From an uncultured Flavobacteriales bacterium (lineage in GTDB: Bacteria > Bacteroidota > Bacteroidia > Flavobacteriales > BACL11): a stretch of DNA of 64,000 nt. Below, piece after piece: positions 58,001 through 64,000 of the stretch (position 1 is its first letter; the number at the start of each line of letters is the position of its first letter). Where the stretch lies: NCBI GenBank assembly GCA_950069165.1, contig CATMIT010000001.1:320-64319 (forward strand), written 5' to 3'. Under the pieces are notes generated by a model. That model saw only the letters and a program-made list of their open reading frames with translations, ran no database searches and was not told the DNA's origin. Both the position numbers and the translations under genes were made by a program.

Positions 58001-58030
58001 AAACCCACTCATTTGATTGGGTTTATTTTT
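58001..58030. terminator. Stem-loop terminator between the HExxH gene and sdhB (convergent genes)
   Basis: AAACCCA-CTCATTTGAT-TGGGTTT followed by ATTTTT. Confidence 0.65.
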
Positions 58031-58031
58031 G

Positions 58032-58062
58032 GTGGGCCTTACGGTGCCAATTTCGAACTTTT
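58032..58062 (+). repeat. Copy B of the 31-bp direct repeat (GTGGGCCTTACGGTGCCAATTTCGAACTTTT)
   Basis: 27/31 identical to 57176-57206. Confidence 0.9.
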
Positions 58063-58071
58063 ATAATTATT

Positions 58072-58818
58072 CTATTTCTTGAAAATCTTTCTAAATAAAA
58101 TCATAAATGGATCATAGTATCTGTCCACTACTCTTTCTTTAAGTGGGATAATACCATCATCTGTTATTTGAATATCTTCAGGACACACTTCCGTGCAACA
58201 TCTTGTAATATTACACATCCCCGATCCATGATCTTCCTTAATTGCAGGTATTCTATCGGCATCATCCATAGGGTGCATTTCTAAACTAGCAAGTCGAATC
58301 ATAAATCTTGGCCCAACAAATTTTTCCTTTGCTTCTTGATCTCTTATCACATGGCAAACATTCTGACACAAATAACATTCAATACATTTTCTGAAATGCT
58401 GTGTTCTTTCTACATCTACTTGTTGCATTACCAATCCCTTTTCTGTATTGTTTTTATTTTGAGCTGGGGAAAATGGCTTGATTTTAAGGTTTTGTTTGTA
58501 ATTCCAACTTACATCTGTTACTGTATCTTTAATAATTGGGAAGGCTTTTAAAGGTGTGATAGTAATAGTTTCATCATCTCCGTATTCATTCATTCTTGTC
58601 ATGCAGGCTAGTTTGGGTCTACCATTAATTTCCACACTGCATGATCCGCACTTCCCTGCTTTACAATTCCATCTGCAAGCCAAATCATTGGCATCATCTG
58701 CTTGAATTCGGTGCATTACATCTAGCACCACCATCCCTTCAGTTACATCACAATTGTAATCAACCAACTCCCCTTTTGTATTGTCTCCTCTGTATATTTT
58801 GAATTTACGATTCCCCAT
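58072..58818 (-). CDS. sdhB: Succinate dehydrogenase/fumarate reductase iron-sulfur subunit
   Basis: 2Fe-2S CRWNCKAGKCGSC..C, 4Fe-4S CIECYLCQNVC, 3Fe-4S CNITRCCTEVCP. Confidence 0.93.
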   Translation of the reverse strand: MGNRKFKIYRGDNTKGELVDYNCDVTEGMVVLDVMHRIQADDANDLACRWNCKAGKCGSCSVEINGRPKLACMTRMNEYGDDETITITPLKAFPIIKDTVTDVSWNYKQNLKIKPFSPAQNKNNTEKGLVMQQVDVERTQHFRKCIECYLCQNVCHVIRDQEAKEKFVGPRFMIRLASLEMHPMDDADRIPAIKEDHGSGMCNITRCCTEVCPEDIQITDDGIIPLKERVVDRYYDPFMILFRKIFKK

Positions 58819-58826
58819 AATTATAT

Positions 58827-60677
58827 TTATGGTTTTCTTTCTGCTGCAACTTCCGCTTCCAAATCTTCCAATTTTGCATTAGCTATTCTAAAAAGTTCCG
58901 CATTGGGTTCTTTTCGTTTCTCTTTAATCACTTGCATATTTCCGTCTTCCCCTTTTTTGGTAATGATATTATATTGATACCACTCCTCACTTTCTGTGGT
59001 GAAATCATCCCTAGTATGAGCCCCTCTACTTTCTTCTCTCATATGTGCTGCCCTAGCCACCGCCTCAGCAGTAATTAATAAATTTCGCATAGCAAGTGCT
59101 TCATGCCATCCAGGATTAAACTGAGAAGAGCCATTCGCCTTTACATTTTTATTTTTTTCTTTTAAGTTTTCAATGTTTTGAATTCCTTTTTGTAATTCTG
59201 TATCCGTTCGGATAATGCCTACATTGTTTTGCATATTTTTTTGCAAGTCCTCATGTAAAAGATATGGGTTTTCCCCTTCTTCTCTATTGAGGATACTTGT
59301 TGCGTTTCTGATAATTTTTTTGGCATCCTCTTTATTAAATTTTGGAACAGCCCCTAATTGTTTGGCGTAATTTGAAGCTCCCGTTCCGGCTAAATTTCCA
59401 AATACCAATAAGTCAGATAAGGAATTTCCTCCCAATCGGTTAGCGCCATGCATTCCTGCGGCACATTCCCCACAAGCAAAAAGCCCCTCAACAGTAGACA
59501 TAGTGGTGTCCGCCTCTACCCGTATTCCACCCATAAAATAATGACATGTTGGGCCAACTTCCATTGGTTCTTTAGTAATATCTAATTCCGCCAATACTTT
59601 AAACTGATGATACATGGAAGGCAGTTTCTTTTTAATATCCTCAGCACTTCTTCTTGTTGCTATATCTAAATAAGCCCCCCCATGCTTAGATCCTCTGCCA
59701 GCTTTTACCTCCGCATTAATCGCTCTTGCAACCACATCTCTTGTAAGTAACTCTGGAGGTCTTCTTGCGTCTTTATCTCCAGCTAACCATCTAGCAGCTT
59801 CTTCTTCTGTATCAGCAGTTTCGTTTTTGAATTTTTCTGGAATATAGTCAAACATAAATCGTTTGCCTTCACTATTTTTCAAAATTCCACCCTCTCCTCT
59901 CACTCCTTCTGTCACTAATATTCCTCTTACAGATGGAGGCCATACCATTCCTGTTGGGTGAAATTGATTGAATTCCAAATCCATTAATTCAGCCCCAGCT
60001 TCATAAGCCATAGCATATCCATCTCCTGTATATTCCCAACTATTGGAAGTAATTTCCCAAGCCTTTCCCCCGCCACCTGTAGCAAGAATTAAAGATTTTG
60101 TTTTGAAAATGATAAATTCCCCGGTATCTCTATACATGCACACAACACCAGCAATTTTTCCACTTTCATCTTTCAAAATATCCAAAGCGGTACATTCCAT
60201 ATGAATGTCAATTCCTTTATGTATCCCATAATCTTGAAGGGTTCTTATCATTTCCAGTCCCGTTCTGTCTCCAACATGAGCAAGTCTTGGATATCTATGT
60301 CCTCCAAAATTTCTTTGGTTGATAAGCCCTTCTTTTGTTCTATCAAAAACAGCTCCCCATTGTTCTAATTCTCTTACTCTATCAGCAGCATGCCTAGCAT
60401 GTAATTCAGCCATACGCCAAACATTCAGCATTTTCCCTCCACGCATAGTATCTCGAAAATGAATTTTCCAATGGTCACGATTATCCACATTCCCAAGTGC
60501 AGCAGCCATGCCTCCTTCCGCCATTACTGTATGGGCTTTCCCCAATAAGGATTTGCAAATTAATCCTACTTTTTCGGATTCTTTAGCGGCAGCAATAGCC
60601 GAACACAAACCGGCTCCTCCTGCTCCAATCACCAGCACATCAAATTCTATCTGTCTTATTTCTGAAATATCTAACAT
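58827..60677 (-). CDS. sdhA: Succinate dehydrogenase/fumarate reductase flavoprotein subunit
   Basis: FAD fold DVLVIGAGGAGL, covalent-FAD His context FNQFHPTG, catalytic RGEGG. Confidence 0.95.
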   Translation of the reverse strand: MLDISEIRQIEFDVLVIGAGGAGLCSAIAAAKESEKVGLICKSLLGKAHTVMAEGGMAAALGNVDNRDHWKIHFRDTMRGGKMLNVWRMAELHARHAADRVRELEQWGAVFDRTKEGLINQRNFGGHRYPRLAHVGDRTGLEMIRTLQDYGIHKGIDIHMECTALDILKDESGKIAGVVCMYRDTGEFIIFKTKSLILATGGGGKAWEITSNSWEYTGDGYAMAYEAGAELMDLEFNQFHPTGMVWPPSVRGILVTEGVRGEGGILKNSEGKRFMFDYIPEKFKNETADTEEEAARWLAGDKDARRPPELLTRDVVARAINAEVKAGRGSKHGGAYLDIATRRSAEDIKKKLPSMYHQFKVLAELDITKEPMEVGPTCHYFMGGIRVEADTTMSTVEGLFACGECAAGMHGANRLGGNSLSDLLVFGNLAGTGASNYAKQLGAVPKFNKEDAKKIIRNATSILNREEGENPYLLHEDLQKNMQNNVGIIRTDTELQKGIQNIENLKEKNKNVKANGSSQFNPGWHEALAMRNLLITAEAVARAAHMREESRGAHTRDDFTTESEEWYQYNIITKKGEDGNMQVIKEKRKEPNAELFRIANAKLEDLEAEVAAERKP

Positions 60678-60686
60678 AATTATATT

Positions 60687-61532
60687 TTAAATTCCCCAAC
60701 TATTCAAATCCGTGATGACTCCCATTGAAACCAATCTGACATAAATATCAGAAAGACCAACCCAAACCAAAGAAAACCATGCAAATATATGATGTCTTCT
60801 ATTCAGGAAAGTCACAATCTTCCATCTACTATGTGCCGATTCTGCGGCATGCGTACAAGAAAAACAATCCATTCTCCCTCCAATTAAATGCCTTAACGAA
60901 TGGCAGCCAAATGTATAGGCCCCTAATAAAATAGGATTTATAAGTAAAATGATACTCCCTACGCCAATACCAAATTTCCCATCTCTAAAAAACGCCATCA
61001 CTGCATCATAAGAAAGTAGAAAAATGAAAATAATCGCAAAATACATAGCATATCGGTGGATATTTTGGAACAATAAAATTCCTGTTTCTCCTTTATAATC
61101 TTTTTGTGGAATACCACCTACCGCACAAGCCGGTGGCGTAAAAGCAAATGCTCTGTAATATGCTTTTCGGTAATAATAACAGGTAAAACGGAACGAAAGT
61201 GGAAATACCAAAATAAGCCAAGCTGGGGAAAATCCAGGAAGCCAATCTAACCATTTTGGCCAAGCGCCCATTAGTGCATGGCTAACAGGAGGTATGCCTT
61301 CCATTCCTTCTTTTATAAAAATAGGGGGGGAATAAAATGGAGAAAGATATCCACCGAAACCTTCAGCATTTATAGCTCCACTCCACCAAAAATATTCGCC
61401 TTGCCATGCGGCCCAAGTGGAATAAATAATAAAACTAAGCAGTCCGAATAAAACTAACATTGGTGAAATCCACCAGTTGTCCTCTCTCAAATTACTAAGC
61501 AGTGCTCGCTCTCTTCCAATAGGGTTTGACAT
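60687..61532 (-). CDS. SDH membrane anchor of the non-canonical (mycobacterial Sdh1 SdhC-like) type, 281 aa
   Basis: It is first in a C-A-B operon, is polytopic, and is larger than b558-type anchors. It contains a Cys/His cluster GCHSLRHLIGGRMDCFSCTH. Confidence 0.6.
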   Translation of the reverse strand: MSNPIGRERALLSNLREDNWWISPMLVLFGLLSFIIYSTWAAWQGEYFWWSGAINAEGFGGYLSPFYSPPIFIKEGMEGIPPVSHALMGAWPKWLDWLPGFSPAWLILVFPLSFRFTCYYYRKAYYRAFAFTPPACAVGGIPQKDYKGETGILLFQNIHRYAMYFAIIFIFLLSYDAVMAFFRDGKFGIGVGSIILLINPILLGAYTFGCHSLRHLIGGRMDCFSCTHAAESAHSRWKIVTFLNRRHHIFAWFSLVWVGLSDIYVRLVSMGVITDLNSWGI

Positions 61533-61660
61533 AGATTAAAAATTTCGAGCAAATGTAATGGGTTTATATGTAATTTTCAATTTTTTCTGGAAATAAAATA
61601 TCTATATTCTCAATCGAACATCAACTTATTTTTATCTTTGAAAAATAATTTTGAACCGAA

Positions 61661-62950
61661 ATGAAATACGAGCAAATAGACAAGCAATTATTTATTGAAA
61701 ACAGAAAGAAATTAGCCCTTTTGCTAGATAAGGGTTCGCTTGCTATTTTTAATGCCAATGACGTAATGCCAACCAATGCAGATGGCACAATGGCCTTTCG
61801 GCAAAATAATGATTTGTTTTGGCTAAGTGGTGTGGACCAGGAAGAAAGCCTTTTGTTACTCTACCCAGAAAACCCAAACGAAAAGGAAAGAGAAATTTTG
61901 TTTTTGAAAGAAACTAGTGAATTGATTGCAATTTGGGAAGGAGCAAAACTCAATAAAGAAGACGCTTTTACAACTTCCGGTATAAAAACAATTTATTGGT
62001 TAGATGAATTGGAAAGCAAACTAAAAAAATTAATTAAACAAGTGGATACTATTTATTTGAACAAAAATATTCACAGCCGTGCCACAACTGAGGTAGAATC
62101 AAGAGATGATAGATTTAGGAAAATGATTGCTGAAAAATTCGCAAGCAAACAGATAAAAGAAGTGGCACCAATCATGCACGACTTACGCTCTGTAAAATCA
62201 AGTATTGAACTCTCTTTAATGCAAAGAGCTTGTGATATTACCGAAAAGGGATTTAGAAGAGTTTTGCCATTTATACGACCTGGAGTGATGGAATATGAAA
62301 TTGAAGCCGAATTGATGCATGAATTTTTAAGAAACAGATCCAATGGATTTGCTTATCAGCCTATTATTGCTTCAGGAGTTAGTTCATGCGTTTTGCATTA
62401 TATTGAAAACAATAAGCCATGCAAAAATGGGGATATTCTGCTGATGGATTTTGGTGCAGAATATGCCAATTATGCATCAGATTTGACTAGAAGTGTTCCT
62501 GCAAATGGAAGATTTTCTGTTAGACAAAAAGCTGTTTATACTGCTGTTTTTCGGGTAATGAAACAGGCAACAAATATGTTGCGTCCTGGAACAATTATGG
62601 CTGACTACCACAAAGAAGTGGGGAAAATAATGGAAAGTGAACTTATTCAATTAGGATTATTGGACAAACATGATGTACAAAAACAAGATACTGAAAATCC
62701 GCTTTATAAAAAATATTTTATGCACGGTACTTCTCACTATTTAGGATTAGATGTACATGATGTGGGTAGTATTGAGACTCCCATGCAAGAAGGAATGGTA
62801 TTTACTTGCGAACCTGGAATTTATATTTTAGAAGAAGCTTTGGGTATTCGCTTGGAAAATGATATTCTAATTACAAAAGATAACCCTTTTGATTTGATGG
62901 GGAACATACCTATTGAATTGGAGGAAATAGAGGATTTAATGAATGCCTAA
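61661..62950 (+). CDS. pepP: Xaa-Pro aminopeptidase (peptidase M24B)
   Basis: N-terminal AMP_N-like domain. Metal ligands appear in DFGAEY..ASDLTR, HGTSHYLGLDVHD, EPGIY, and E in RLEND. Confidence 0.88.
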   Translation: MKYEQIDKQLFIENRKKLALLLDKGSLAIFNANDVMPTNADGTMAFRQNNDLFWLSGVDQEESLLLLYPENPNEKEREILFLKETSELIAIWEGAKLNKEDAFTTSGIKTIYWLDELESKLKKLIKQVDTIYLNKNIHSRATTEVESRDDRFRKMIAEKFASKQIKEVAPIMHDLRSVKSSIELSLMQRACDITEKGFRRVLPFIRPGVMEYEIEAELMHEFLRNRSNGFAYQPIIASGVSSCVLHYIENNKPCKNGDILLMDFGAEYANYASDLTRSVPANGRFSVRQKAVYTAVFRVMKQATNMLRPGTIMADYHKEVGKIMESELIQLGLLDKHDVQKQDTENPLYKKYFMHGTSHYLGLDVHDVGSIETPMQEGMVFTCEPGIYILEEALGIRLENDILITKDNPFDLMGNIPIELEEIEDLMNA

Positions 62951-62986
62951 TTCTTATGTGTTTAACGCTCTTTTTTTTAGCTCTTT

Positions 62987-63694
62987 CTATCGCTTAATAA
63001 TTAATTTTTGAACCTTTTCTCCTTCATTTTTTGTTTGGATTTTCACAAGATAAAGCCCCTGAGGAAGATTAGGTATTGCGATTGACGACTCTGAAAGAAT
63101 AAAAGATCTCACCTTTTTCCCTAAAATATTAAATATTTTCACAGATGTTATTAGTTCAGGAGAGTAGAAGTAAAGTTTATCATTAGCAGGTTGTGGGTAG
63201 AAGTATTGTGCTTTGCCAGTTTTTTCAGAAATAAATGTAACAGAAGAATTGGAAAGCACATGTAAATTACTATATGCATATTGATTAGTTTGGCTAATAG
63301 ATGGTGGAACAGCTGCTTTTGGCCATATAACTACAATATTATCTCCTATCAGGTAATTTTGGGTAGTAACTACTTCAAACAAAAAACCTGGGACAAACTG
63401 AATACTATCATTAGGAAAAATGAAATTTGGCCCTTGTCCGCCAATAGTTCTACTGTTTACCAATCCTAAATTAGCATCATACCTTGCTGCTTTTAACAGA
63501 ATATTTTCAGCTAAAACATCTTCTCCATTATTTACTACCCAACAAGAAAAAGGGATGGTGTCCCCCATTGTTACGGTATCAGGAATACTTATCCCGTCAT
63601 ACCCAAATAATATGTTTATGGAGCTGTTTTGAGAGCTTGCATTAACCGCAATAAGACAAGTAACAAACGATAATATGAGGGCTTTTGTTTTCAC
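62987..63694 (-). CDS. Small secreted protein with a canonical T9SS type A C-terminal sorting domain
   Basis: Signal peptide. C-terminus YFYPQPANDKLYF..VKIFNILGKKV..LPQGLYLVKIQT..KLIIKR. Confidence 0.7.
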   Translation of the reverse strand: MKTKALILSFVTCLIAVNASSQNSSINILFGYDGISIPDTVTMGDTIPFSCWVVNNGEDVLAENILLKAARYDANLGLVNSRTIGGQGPNFIFPNDSIQFVPGFLFEVVTTQNYLIGDNIVVIWPKAAVPPSISQTNQYAYSNLHVLSNSSVTFISEKTGKAQYFYPQPANDKLYFYSPELITSVKIFNILGKKVRSFILSESSIAIPNLPQGLYLVKIQTKNEGEKVQKLIIKR

Positions 63695-63781
63695 AGTACA
63701 ATTTTACGAACAAAATACTCTAAAAAATAGCTTTTAGTAAAATATTTTATAACTATCTTAGCCGTCCAAATTGTGATTTAG

Positions 63782-64000
63782 ATGAATATCCTTCAAAAAA
63801 TTATTGCCACTTTAAACAAAGAAGAAAGTAGATTTTACAAGCTTTTTGCATCTCGAACTAATAGCAATAAAGAACGGAAAGATGTATTACTTTTCGATTA
63901 TATAAAACGACATAATGAAGATTATGACGAACAATATATCTCCAAAAAACTTTATAAAGATAATAAAAATGCATTTTATCAGCTGAAGAATCGGCTATTT
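63782..64000 (+). CDS. 5' part of an uncharacterised protein (open to the window end)
   Basis: ATG at 63782. It reads MNILQKIIATLNKEESRFYKLFASRTNSNKERKDVLLFDYIKRHNEDYDEQYISKKLYKDNKNAFYQLKNRLF with no stop. It is absent from the track because it is truncated. Confidence 0.5.
   Translation, partial: MNILQKIIATLNKEESRFYKLFASRTNSNKERKDVLLFDYIKRHNEDYDEQYISKKLYKDNKNAFYQLKNRLF

Noticed and set aside
1-64000. Search for defence systems, integrases, transposases, toxin-antitoxin pairs, prophage genes and rRNA.
   Set aside because: No ORF showed recognisable motifs for these (no DDE or tyrosine/serine recombinase signatures, no Cas-like proteins, no restriction-modification pairs). The YraN-like nuclease and ComF are conserved housekeeping-type genes.

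Overview
AT-rich (roughly one-third GC by eye) chromosomal segment. The gene content points to a Bacteroidota, Flavobacteriia-like, organism: type IX secretion (T9SS) cargo and PorP/SprF, alternative complex III, no Shine-Dalgarno-like spacing, and TAnnTTTG-type -7 boxes. Coding density is very high and most genes are housekeeping. These include actABCDE(F), rimP-nusA-infB, metG, lepA, yebC-like, purD, purQ, class II RNR nrdJ, a three-gene succinate dehydrogenase, msrAB, hemW and two tRNAs (Gln-TTG, Arg-CCT). Interspersed are cell-surface and accessory genes. They comprise a 2315-aa SprB-repeat adhesin with a type B T9SS sorting domain and its PorP/SprF partner, and a DUF2723 (TMEM260-like) membrane glycosyltransferase with a deacetylase and a methyltransferase. 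There is also a porin / FMN-binding / TonB-dependent receptor / HmuY-like uptake module whose porin is frameshifted. Secreted enzymes include a CotH kinase-like protein, a PHM-like copper monooxygenase with an N-terminal CxxCH, and an esterase. I found no CRISPR array, integrase, transposase, recognisable defence system or prophage, so I cannot point to a clear novel multi-gene system. The most unusual items are the flavinylation-motif uptake module and a 31-bp direct repeat bracketing a single HExxH lipoprotein gene between sdhB and a nitrilase gene. Others are the heme-less Sdh1-like SDH membrane subunit with a Cys/His cluster, a terminator-like hairpin 14 nt upstream of rimP, and a short non-canonical C-terminal tail shared by two secreted enzymes. 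All functional calls rest on motifs read from the supplied translations. No database search was run.
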